Positions 46,274-56,732 of a stretch of 64,000 bases of DNA are shown here, one piece after another. Within the stretch, counting starts at the first letter, position 1; each line of letters opens with the position of its first letter. The stretch is from positions 744,001-808,000 of the forward strand of contig OX337230.1 in the NCBI GenBank assembly GCA_946965045.2, written 5' to 3'. This DNA comes from Epithemia pelagica (lineage: Eukaryota > Protista > Bacillariophyta). A model generated the notes under the pieces. The model had not been told where the DNA came from. It was given only the letters and a program-made list of their open reading frames with translations, and did not search any database. The position numbers were made by a program, and so were the translations under genes.

Positions 46274-47560
46274 TTACGAACTTGGTTCCACCGGCACGGC
46301 CTCTACTTCTGCTTCCGTCGACTGCGTATCCACCGGTACTTGTTTCTTGGTGGCCGTCCACATGCCGTATTCCATCAACCCACGCTTAAAGGCTCGGTGC
46401 ATACGTTCGAGGCAATAGGCATCGCGAACGCACTTGATGTAGGTTTTGGGCTTGAAGATCCATCCACGAGGATCGTAAATACCAACCAAAATGGAATGCC
46501 TCCAACTGGCAATCGTCTCGTCGACCCAATTGGCTGTTGTAACAGCGTTCATGACTCCGGTCCCTTCAATCAACTCTTTAAACTTGCTCACCGAAATAAA
46601 ATAGGGATGACTCCATTCTTCGTACAAATACTGCAAGTCGCGCTTGTCTCGTTTGTCAAAAGGCATTTCATCCGTCTCGTCACGTTGCGACCAGCAGGCC
46701 ATGACAAAGGTACCACCCGGTTTGAGGACTCGCATCATTTCTTCAATGTAACGCTTCTTGTCTGGCATGTGTTCTCCCGATTCACAGGCCCAGACAACAT
46801 CAAACGAATTGTCTTCAAATTCCATGTTCAGGGCATCCATTACCATAAACTTGGTGCGATCCGCAACGCCCTGTTCTTGGGCCAACTCCGTCCCTCGTGC
46901 CACTTGATTGGGCGACAAGGTGATGCCTGTCACATGGGACTGAGGACCCAAGTTCTTGGCCAAATAGCGACTGGTGCCACCAAATCCACATCCAACGTCC
47001 AACACCTTCATGGAAGATTTATCCGTGGGTTTGGCAATGCCTCCGAATTTCATCATTTCATCGATAAAGTCATATTTTGCTTGGATAAAGTTCTTTTTGG
47101 GAATCCCGGCCTTCATCATGTCGTCTGGCTTATAGTACCCCAAATGAATGTGCTCTCCCCAGTAATATTCCAAAATACCCTCGTCCGTCCATTCATCGTA
47201 TTCTTCCGCAACCGTATTCTCATTGGCTGTAACATTGCTGTAGGTTCCTCGAGGCTTGTCCAACACCAGTTTCACGACGGCAGTAGCAGCGACAGCCACG
47301 GCCGACGTGACCAAGCCCACTGTGCGAAGGGTAGGGTTGAGAGACATGGAGAGCTCCGACCGAGAAGTTCCTGTCGTTCGGCCATGCGTCGCCACTTGCT
47401 GGTTCACATGCTTTGTGGGTGTCGTTGGGTCTGCGACTCGCAAAGGAGGGGACGACAAAAAGGGTGCAGCATGGGTGTGGGCGACGCGTACAGGCGCAAA
47501 ACCACTCGCCACGCCGAACAAGTATCCCACCAACAACGGAAGTAATCTCCTTGATATCAT
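46274..47560 (-). CDS. SAM-dependent methyltransferase, cyanobacterial-type MPBQ/MSBQ / tocopherol methyltransferase family, plastid-targeted
   Basis: YDEWTDEGILEYYWGEHIHLGYY, VLDVGCGFGG, VTGITLS and ESGEHMPDK...RVLKPGG; signal peptide ending ASG-FAP. Confidence 0.85.
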   Translation of the reverse strand: MISRRLLPLLVGYLFGVASGFAPVRVAHTHAAPFLSSPPLRVADPTTPTKHVNQQVATHGRTTGTSRSELSMSLNPTLRTVGLVTSAVAVAATAVVKLVLDKPRGTYSNVTANENTVAEEYDEWTDEGILEYYWGEHIHLGYYKPDDMMKAGIPKKNFIQAKYDFIDEMMKFGGIAKPTDKSSMKVLDVGCGFGGTSRYLAKNLGPQSHVTGITLSPNQVARGTELAQEQGVADRTKFMVMDALNMEFEDNSFDVVWACESGEHMPDKKRYIEEMMRVLKPGGTFVMACWSQRDETDEMPFDKRDKRDLQYLYEEWSHPYFISVSKFKELIEGTGVMNAVTTANWVDETIASWRHSILVGIYDPRGWIFKPKTYIKCVRDAYCLERMHRAFKRGLMEYGMWTATKKQVPVDTQSTEAEVEAVPVEPSS

Positions 47561-48154
47561 TGTCCTTTGCACAGTTGTGATACAATTCAAATGGGATACA
47601 AATCAATCGCCACGACGATTGGTACGAACAACGGAGCAGGAAAGTTGAGTTGGCATCAAAAGACAACAAACTCCATCCACCATGGTGCACAGTGACGTGT
47701 TGGTACTCCTGCGACCTTCGCGCGACTCAAGGGTATCTCAAAAAATTCCCGACGACCATGACAATCACAACCGACCTCCCACCTCCTCCTTGTCAACATT
47801 CTTTCGAATTGGTTGCCTCACTTCCTCTAAGACATGCAGTGGCCAGGGATACAGCGACCATGTGCTTCAGTCTACGAGCAAGAAATCCGAAAAAGTAAAG
47901 GATAGACAACCAAAAGATCATAGTCTGTAGTCTCTAGAGTTCAAACAAAGGGGTTGCTTTAGTTGGTTGAAAATCGACATCCGTGGTCAGTGGCGAAACG
48001 GGAAACCCGTTCATGAACTATCACCAATGACAGAAGCTCCTGAGAAGAAGATGAATCGAAAGTTCTCTCTTCTCTTCTTTTCATTATGCTGACTGACCAT
48101 GAAGACAAGCCTACCAAGCTCAATACTCCAATTAGAACGCAGTCTTCGTTTCCA

Positions 48155-48706
48155 TTAAGCGACTGCTTTGTCGTTTGATCTTCTTTTGGCGTTGCATGCT
48201 TTGGAACAACACGTGACTTCGTCCCAACAACGTTCCCATTTCTTGCGCCAGGTAAACGGTCGTTGACATACGACACAGATTTTGGTCGGCAAATTTTCTT
48301 TGCTCATGGCCTTGCCCTTTTTGCTCTTCGTAACTTCACCTTTCTTGTTGTTGGTTTTACTTTTCTTGCTTCGACTGGCCAAGACGATTGGTGTAGAAGG
48401 ATCCAGCAACAAGTTCACCAGCGCCGTCGCTAGGACAGTAAGGACCGACACAACCAAGTCCATCATTCTTGAGGTGGCATTGTCGTCCGGGGAATATTCC
48501 GACCAAGACACTGCTGCACTGTGGTGCATCGTTGTACTCTGATGGTGTACGTTCGTCGTTGCTGTTGTCGTCGTAGTGACAGCACCATTACCAAGATGGT
48601 GCAGAGATGCCGAAGATGAGACTTGTGTCTTGGGCACGGGTGCAAAACCACTCGCCATGCCAATCAGGTATCCCAGGGTCAATGGAATTGCTATTCTTGA
48701 TATCAT
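48155..48706 (-). CDS. DUF2256-family Cys-cluster protein with N-terminus paralogous to the neighbouring methyltransferase (putative chimera)
   Basis: [36 protein letters not shown]; N-terminus MISR...GYL.G.ASGFAPV shared with 46274-47560. Confidence 0.75.
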   Translation of the reverse strand: MISRIAIPLTLGYLIGMASGFAPVPKTQVSSSASLHHLGNGAVTTTTTATTNVHHQSTTMHHSAAVSWSEYSPDDNATSRMMDLVVSVLTVLATALVNLLLDPSTPIVLASRSKKSKTNNKKGEVTKSKKGKAMSKENLPTKICVVCQRPFTWRKKWERCWDEVTCCSKACNAKRRSNDKAVA

Positions 48707-49061
48707 GGTCTATCACAGGGTTCTCGGGACACAGATTTGACAACATCAACACATGGATGGAAGGAGGGCATGACATGGAGAAGCAACAAAGTTGAGTTGG
48801 CATCAAAAAAAAATAACAACAACGAAGAAACGATGGTGTATGACGTGTTTTACACGATCGACCATTCCGCGACTGATGCGATCCTGGTCCGGGACTCGGG
48901 GATTCTTGCGTGACTTCTCTCACCTTTTGGTCACGAATAGTGATGACCATGGCCAAAATTGCGTTCACCTGAAACGCTGACTCCGCAATCGGTGTTTCTC
49001 TTGTTGCTGCGAACTGCGAAGGAAAGTAGTGTTCTCGTGAGACGATAACATCCGCGAAATT

Positions 49062-52000
49062 ATGTTTGGGAACCAGCCTTCTGGCCTAGATCGGGGCCAA
49101 TCCGAGACGGAAGCAATCGTCGACGGTACTTCAAGTTTGTTCCAGGGACAAACCAAGGCAGCCTACTTTGTCGAAAATGAAATTGATTCACTGTTTGGAA
49201 GTAGCAGTGGTACTGGTAGTATTTATGACGAAGATGATGAGGACGACGATGATATCCAAGATGAAGATGAGGTAGAAGAGAAAGAGGAAGCAAAAGAGGA
49301 GGCGGTGGAAGAAGTCGAAGTTGGAGCAGCAGACGAGGTCGTTGAGAAAGATAAAGAATATGCTGATAACAGTGAAAACAAGAAAACGGAAGACGCTATC
49401 AAGCCAAAGAACGAAGACGAAGAAGATGAGGATATTGATGAGCTTCTGACCGAGTTGACTCAATCTGCGAATGGGGAGAAACCAAAAGCCACAGTGAAAG
49501 ATCCATTTTCAGCAGAAGCAAGGCGTGCCCGAGAACTGAAAGCCTCCACACGAAAGATTTGGGCAAACACAAAGTTGCTCACCATTGAGGATTTTGAAAC
49601 GTATATCCCTGATCCTGCGTTGACCTTTCCATTCAAGCTAGATGTGTTTCAACAACAAGCGATTGCGCGACTTAACAGATCCGAAAATGTATTTGTTGCG
49701 GCTCATACTTCTGCAGGTACGAGAAAAAAAGACTCTTTCTTTGAAGTCCGTTTCCTTTGTGACGACAGCTAACAACATTGTGGGCTCTGTGTCTTTCTTC
49801 GTTCTCACCCCATAGGAAAAACTGTGGTTGCAGAGTATGCGATCGCCCTCGCTCTGAGAAATTCCACCAAGTGCGTGTACACGTCTCCCATTAAAGCACT
49901 CTCTAATCAAAAGTTTCGAGACTTTGCGGACAAGTTTGGTGCCAAAAATGTTGGTCTCATGACGGGTGACATTCAAGTGAATGCGACAGATTGCTCGTGT
50001 CTTATCCTGACGACTGAAATGCAAGTTCTATCTGCTTCAGAAACCACCTGTCACAGATTTCGATCTCACGATTCTTTCTCTTTTCCGTCCTTGATTCGAC
50101 AGTCTCCGATCTATGCTATATCGGGGTGCTGATATGAGTAAGTTTTACTTGGACGCACGCTGCCATTTAATGTTTGGATATTCGAGGACTTACCCTGTTC
50201 GTTTTCAGTTCGTGACATCGAATACGTCGTCTTCGATGAAGTTCATTACATCAATGTAAGGTATACACGATGTACTTCTATCAAATGTATACTTATGCTC
50301 AACGTTTTTTCCGCTGTTATAGGATCCAGAGCGTGGTGTGGTATGGGAAGAAACGTACGTACAAATGCTTTTTCTGGAGTTCCTTTGTTGCACATTCTCA
50401 AAATCTTTATGTATCTGCAGTATCATCATGTTGCCTGCTAGTGTTACCATGGTTTTCCTCTCTGCAACAACCCCCAACACCATCGAATTCTCCGACTGGA
50501 TAGGTCGTACAAAGCGCAAGCCTGTACATGTTGTCACAACCAACTTCCGTCCGGTTCCGCTGTCCTACAACTTATGGGCTGGGAAAGAGCTGCACAAAGT
50601 AATGGAAGGCAAATCAGGCTTTCTTGAGAAAGGGTACCGAGATGCAGCGAACGCATTGTTACCTGCGTCGGCCAAGGATCCAAAGAAAAAGGATGACCCG
50701 AAAGCGAAATTACGAAAACCGGCAACTGGCTCCAAAGCAATGGTGTGGCAGGCTCAAGGAGATAAGAGCAACTGGGTGTCATTGGTAAACTACCTTGATC
50801 GTTATGTCATGACTCCAACTGTGGTATTTTCCTTCTCCAAGAAGAAATGTGAGGAAATTGCCCGGATGCTTCAGTCTGTCGATCTCAACACCGCGAAAGA
50901 GCGTAGCGCGGTACAAGGATTCACTCTGCAGGCTGTGGGACGACTTTCTGAGAATGATAAAAAGCTTCCCCAAGTGGAAATGATATCAGAGATGGTTCAA
51001 AGGGGAATCGGTGTACACCACGGTGGGCTCCTACCGATTCTAAAAGAATGCGTCGAGATTTTGTTTTCACGAAACCTGATAAAGATCCTTCTTGCAACAG
51101 AGACCTTTGCGATGGGTGTCAATATGCCTGCAAAAGCAGTAGTTTTCAATTCAATACGGAAACACGACGGTACCCAATTTCGAAATCTCCAGCCAGGTAA
51201 GCAGATTGATATTCATTCGTCACTGGGATATTCGAAACTACTCACGCTGCGATGCTGACTATAGGCGAAATGACTCAAATGGCCGGTCGAGCAGGCCGTC
51301 GTGGTCTGGACGATGTAGGTACCGTTATCCTATGTTGCTTTGGTGAAGAACCCCCTCCAATAGACATGCTTCGACAAGTTTTGACTGGCTCTTCCATGCG
51401 GCTTAAAAGTCAGTTCAGGCTCACGTATAACATGATTTTGAATTTGTTGCGTGTCGAAGACCTGAGCGTAGAAGGAATGATTAGAAGATCTTTTTCAGAA
51501 TTTGCTATGCAGAAAGCCATGACGACGAATAATTTTCCCCATTTGCTGAGGAAGGGAAGACGCAAACTTTCAAAGATTGAAGAAGAACTTGCTGTGGAGT
51601 CATCCAAACGGGACGGAGCGGAGGATTTGGAAGAATACTTTCGTGTTTCGACGAAGCTGATCTCCACAAACCGCGAAATTCTCGAATTCATACATGGGGT
51701 CGACTCTTCCGCCTACAGTGATTTGTTGACACCTGGGAGAGTTCTGCTTATCACTGCTGCACGTGAACATGGCGTTGTCCGTCAACCTGCGATTGTATTG
51801 AAGCTCCCAGATAGTTCAGGACGACAAGGCTACGGTGATGTTCAAAGATCCACTCCCCCTACTCTCGTATGTATGGTCCTGCTTCCTTCTTCTCAGTCAT
51901 CAAGTAACCAAGAGTCGTCATTGGATGCGGGAACTGTTGGATCTATTGGATCTTGTAACGGACGCCGCTACGCAATTAGCAACGTTGGATTGTCACAGAT

Positions 52001-53445
52001 TTTTCTTGTTCTCGATCGGAAGACAAAGATTGATTCAAGCAAAATTTTGAAAGACAACACTGCGAAAACATCACATGGCAGGGGAGGAGAGGCAGACTTC
52101 TTTGCTGGTATGAAACCTGTAGGCAAAAAGAAGCAAAATGACGACGTCTTGTCTGGTTCGCGAGGAGGCGGTCGTGGTGGCGAAGCAGACTTTTTCTCTG
52201 GAATGACACCAGTGGGTAAAAAGAAGGAAAGTAGTGACCGGGGCGGAGACGCGGACTTTTTTGCGGGGATGAAGCCGGCAGGCAAGAAGAAGCAGAGCGA
52301 CGGTGGTCGGGGTGGAGACGCGGACTTTTTCTCTGGCATAAAGGCTGTCGGCAAAAAGAAGCAAACAGATGATTTCTTATCCGGAGGACGAACCAAGCAA
52401 CAGAATCAAGAAGAAATTGCAGTAGACTTGCTGAAGGAAGTCGAAACGAAGGAGCTCAGCGAAAATGGGTTGGCATCTGTTGATTTGAAGCGTTTTGTCC
52501 AACGAGGACCAGACATCTTCCGGATAAGAGAAGCCTGTCAACGGTGTAACACTCTTGCTGCTCAAGCTCGTTCTTTTGTCTCCCATCACCATCCTTCTCT
52601 CGAGACGCACTACTTGACTTTCGAGAAGAAAGGTGTACTGGAAGAGAAGCTTCGCAAACTCCAGCATTTCCTTTCCAATGAATCTCTTTCGCTTTTCCCT
52701 GATTTTCAGCAACGCAAGGCTGTGCTGAAGACACTGGGTTACCTTGATGAAAACGAGACTGTCTCCTTCAAGGGTCGTGTTGCGTGCGAGGTCAATACGT
52801 GCGAAGGTAATCTTTACAAAACCGTCGATGGTTGTTGTTCCGACGCTCGCGCGATCTAACACAAATTCATTTTTTGTCGTATCGAAGAGCTCATAGCGAC
52901 CGAAATGGTATTTGAAGGAGTACTGGATGACCTTAAGCCGGAGGAAATTGCGGCCGTCCTCTCGGCTTTGGTGTTTCAGGAGAAGAATGACTCTGAATTG
53001 GATTCAGACCTACCGGAAACTCTCAAAGACGGGATTGAAAAGATGAAGACCATTGCGACAGGACTCGGACAAGTGCAAAAGGATGCCGGCTTGCCGATCG
53101 ATCCTGGAGAATACTGCGATGGCTCTCTCAAATTCGGACTTGTTCATGTTGTTTACGAATGGGCTCTTGGAATAACTTTCAAGAGCATTTGCCAACTAAC
53201 CGATGTCCAGGAAGGCTCAATAGGTAAGAAGGCGACGAGTGTCGTGAAAAAACGCCAAATTTTCCAAATCTGACCTCCGACGATACGTCCCAGTTCGTTG
53301 CATTACCAGGCTGGATGAGCTATGCGGCGAAGTCGCAAACTGCGCTCGAGTGGTTGGAAACCAATCACTTCATGAGAAGCTTGAGAGTGCGAGAGAGAAA
53401 ATCAAGAGGGACATTGTCTTTGCTTCCAGCTTGTACCTAAGCTAG
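49062..53445 (+). CDS. SKI2: SKI2-like DExH RNA helicase; 9 exons (49062-49716, 49816-50020, 50103-50137, 50209-50255, 50323-50354, 50421-51196, 51265-52806, 52888-53223, 53294-53445)
   Basis: [60 protein letters not shown] and C-terminal [13 protein letters not shown]. Confidence 0.93.
52081..52380 (+). repeat. Four coding tandem copies of RGG(E/D)ADFF(A/S)G(M/I)xxxGKKK within SKI2
   Basis: Read directly from the translation. Confidence 0.9.
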
Positions 53446-53698
53446 AGGTAGTGCGCAGAAACAGGAAATTATGAAAAAGTAGGCTGAAAGAAAGACTACA
53501 TTCAATGGACGGAGGATTTCCAATACGTTTTCATTCTCAGGTCACTGAATACTGACAAAGCCTTCAATATCCGGTGCAAGTCACGATACGGATACTGCCA
53601 AGTAGCATATTCGACAATTGCTGTCGAAGGGAATTGTTTTGAATTGATAGTACCACAACCAATACTCCTTTTCATGCTGCACTGTAAAATGCAGTGAT

Positions 53699-54070
53699 TC
53701 ATAGGGAGGTTGTTGTTGTCGTCGTCGTTGCGCTAGAAGTCGTCTCTGCCTTGGTGGTACCACCAGCTCGTCGTTTCGCATTGCATGACTTGGAGCAACA
53801 CGTGACTTCGTCCCAACAGCGTTCCCATTTCTTGCGCCAAGTGAATGGCCGTTTGCAAACGACACAGATCTTGCTCGGCAAATGTTCCTTGGCCACGGTC
53901 TTGCCCTTTTGGTTCTTCATCAAGACAAAGGCTGTCGAATGATACCAGTGCGTCGTGGTGAACCAGAATGAAGAAGGATTGATGATTGAAGGAGTCCTTG
54001 GCACTGAGAAAAGTCGATTGCACGTTGTCGAAACCAACAGAGAACACCAACGTAGAACAGCAGCTCGCAT
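53699..54070 (-). CDS. DUF2256-family small Cys-cluster protein
   Basis: [36 protein letters not shown]; start uncertain. Confidence 0.78.
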   Translation of the reverse strand: MRAAVLRWCSLLVSTTCNRLFSVPRTPSIINPSSFWFTTTHWYHSTAFVLMKNQKGKTVAKEHLPSKICVVCKRPFTWRKKWERCWDEVTCCSKSCNAKRRAGGTTKAETTSSATTTTTTTSL

Positions 54071-54848
54071 TGCTTCGACAGGGGGGATTTGTTAGACACA
54101 CCCGTGTGTGTGCCCTTGCCGTGTCCGTTTTCCGACCAAAGGAAATCAATCAAGCGCCGTGAGGGTGTCTTCTGCTCATCATCGTTTCCACTCAGTGTTG
54201 AACGCAGACCTCTCAAGTCGATGAGAACAAAGAAAGCAGACATACATGCCAATGCCACCTCATCGTGGAATCGCAAAAGAAGACTGATGTTTGAATCACG
54301 GACACGATCGCTTTGGTCGCGTTTTTCAATGTTCCTCTTGGGCAAAGTGCAAAGTTACCTTCAGATGCTTGTCGTGCTCATGCTCATGCCATAGTCGTAT
54401 TTAGGGGATGGGTTGCTTGTAGTCGCGTGGTTCTGAAGATGTTGGTCTGCGAGGGTTTGAATGCTTTTCACATGGCGACGTACCAGAATGCTGCCCGTGT
54501 AGGATCATCTAATGGCTTTGGAACCGGAACCGGAACTTAGTCCTCTAGACTTTGAGAAGTTCATACTCATGTATGCCAAGTGCGAACTGACTTTCAGAAT
54601 GCATGTGTAGTTGTGAACTGCGGAGACATCCTACTCCTATTTGTTGCCAGAAAGGACCTATGCCATTAAGGAATGGATAGACGAAATGCTATGTCATGGA
54701 GACTTGTGATCGTCCCATCAGTGCGCCACCGTGCAAACCACACGCCAAAGCCAAAAAGAATTCTGCCTGACAGCCAAAAAGATACCCCAAGGAGGATACC
54801 ACACACCACGAGAGACGCCGACATTGATCGTTCGACAGAGGAATTACC

Positions 54849-56174
54849 ATGACATCGATCGCCACAGTGGCGACCTGTGTTCGACGGTCACGTTCCGTTT
54901 CTGCTAGTGGAACATCATGGTCTCGACACTTTTCAGACGCTGGCAAAACACGAGCAGCCGCATCCATGACATTTGAATCCTCACAACAGAGTGACAGCAG
55001 CAGCACCAAGTTCCGAGACAGTAGTCGTAGTTCCACAAATGAGCTAGCACGACGCTTTGACTGGAATCGCACTGGAAGCCGAGCTGCTCGTTCATCTTCG
55101 CTCAACATTAGCAATCCCCGCTTTTCGTCAACGTTTCATCAAGGACGAGGTGCTGATATCGTTCCAGGCACACTGTCGATTCGGTCCCATGGAAAAAGCA
55201 CATCCTCCGTACGGACTGTCTTTAGTGTCGGTCCTCGATACCAAGCCATCAAGGTACCCAAATGGAAGAAGGCTCCTATAGAACCAGAAAAGAGTCGTTT
55301 CTTTGTAGTACATCATGGAGACGCCTACAAAAAATCCATGGATGGTTACCATGGCATGACCTTGCAAAAGGCACAGAAGTTGGGAAAAGGGAAGGATGAT
55401 CCCATGTTCAATCCGTTTGAGGAAGATGAGTTAAAGGAGCAACGTCTTCTTGCCGAAGAGATGGAAGGGCAAGAAGACGGAGAGGAGGGCGAAAATGACC
55501 AAATGGTGGGTCTCAACGAAGAAGAAGAAGAGGAATTTATCGAAGACGATGAGGATGAATATTCACAAGAAATCACTGAAGAGCAAATGTCAAAGATGAG
55601 TCTGGAAGAGCTGGCACTTGTCAAGTACAATGCCGATGGATCCATTCGTCGCAAGGCGTCCCAAAAGTATATTCTTTCGGCCGGTGCTCCCGCTGGTGGC
55701 ACCTTTGCCATTGTGGAAATGGCTGGATCGCAATTCAAGGTCACCCAGGATGATTTACTCATTGTCCACCGGTTAAAGGGCGAACAATTCAAAGTTGGAT
55801 CGGTCCATGCCTTTGATACGGTAATGTTGGCTGGATCGACGCATTTGACCTTGGTCGGTGCCCCCTATGTCCGTGGTGCCAAGGTTCATGCCATGGTGGA
55901 AGAAATCACCATGGATAAAAAGGATATCATCTTCAAGAAGCGACGTCGAAAGAGTTCGCAGCGCAAACGAGGCTACCGAAGAGATGTCACCTTTTTGCGT
56001 ATTTCGGACATTGAATTTCCCGAGGAGTTTGCCAATCATGAATATACTCCACGGATCAAACCGGACTTATTGCCACCCCGACGAGATCCTCGTCTCGCAA
56101 AAGAAGCGGCAAACAAAGATGGCGACGATGATGAAGAAGAAGGAGAATCAGAGGAATCGGATCGAGCGGCCTAG
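54849..56174 (+). CDS. MRPL21: Organellar (probably mitochondrial) ribosomal protein bL21 with long N-terminal extension
   Basis: FAIVEMAGSQFKVT..., VGAPYV.GAKV.A.VEE and IFKKRRRK.SQRKRGYR...T.LRI; Arg/Ser-rich presequence-like N-terminus. Confidence 0.85.
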   Translation: MTSIATVATCVRRSRSVSASGTSWSRHFSDAGKTRAAASMTFESSQQSDSSSTKFRDSSRSSTNELARRFDWNRTGSRAARSSSLNISNPRFSSTFHQGRGADIVPGTLSIRSHGKSTSSVRTVFSVGPRYQAIKVPKWKKAPIEPEKSRFFVVHHGDAYKKSMDGYHGMTLQKAQKLGKGKDDPMFNPFEEDELKEQRLLAEEMEGQEDGEEGENDQMVGLNEEEEEEFIEDDEDEYSQEITEEQMSKMSLEELALVKYNADGSIRRKASQKYILSAGAPAGGTFAIVEMAGSQFKVTQDDLLIVHRLKGEQFKVGSVHAFDTVMLAGSTHLTLVGAPYVRGAKVHAMVEEITMDKKDIIFKKRRRKSSQRKRGYRRDVTFLRISDIEFPEEFANHEYTPRIKPDLLPPRRDPRLAKEAANKDGDDDEEEGESEESDRAA

Positions 56175-56632
56175 GGCGGTCGTCCGGAACATGGTTGTTT
56201 GTCGCAAAGGATGGCATCAACCGTAACACAAAAATAAATAGTAACGGGATGACGAACGATTGGAACCACATCAAAAGTCTCAAATGCCAAAAGACATTGT
56301 TTTACTCTTCCTTAGTCTACATGTATGTATGTACCTTTATCTTGTTCTGAAGGAAGGGCTGCTGGATTGATTGAGAGCTCTTCCAGTCGCTCCTCAAGCG
56401 ACCAGGACTTCTACCGTAGGTCTCCAATTCTTCTTCTCTTCAACTAAAGGAAATCGTATTGACATCACCATTCTTGCTTTCCACATAGGAAAAGACAATG
56501 GGTAGAATCAAAACACAAACGGAGTAAATCTTGGCCATGATTTGCGCAAACAAGCGATCGGCAGCATTGTTGACACTGTCCCACACGGGAGTGCCCAGGA
56601 GCATGGACACGACGTAATAGACCGTGTAAACA

Positions 56633-56707
56633 ATCTACGTCGCTAATCATTCGTGATTGATGAGTCTTGTTGCCGAGTATAAGCTTGCTACCCCAGCTAT
56701 AGTCGCA
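56633..56707 (-). repeat. Truncated 3' LTR (first 75 bp only)
   Basis: 73/75 identical to 63574-63648; preceded by PPT GAGAGGGAG (56708-56716); the remaining ~162 bp are absent. Confidence 0.9.
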
Positions 56708-56732
56708 CTCCCTCTCAAGCGCAATATCTCGG

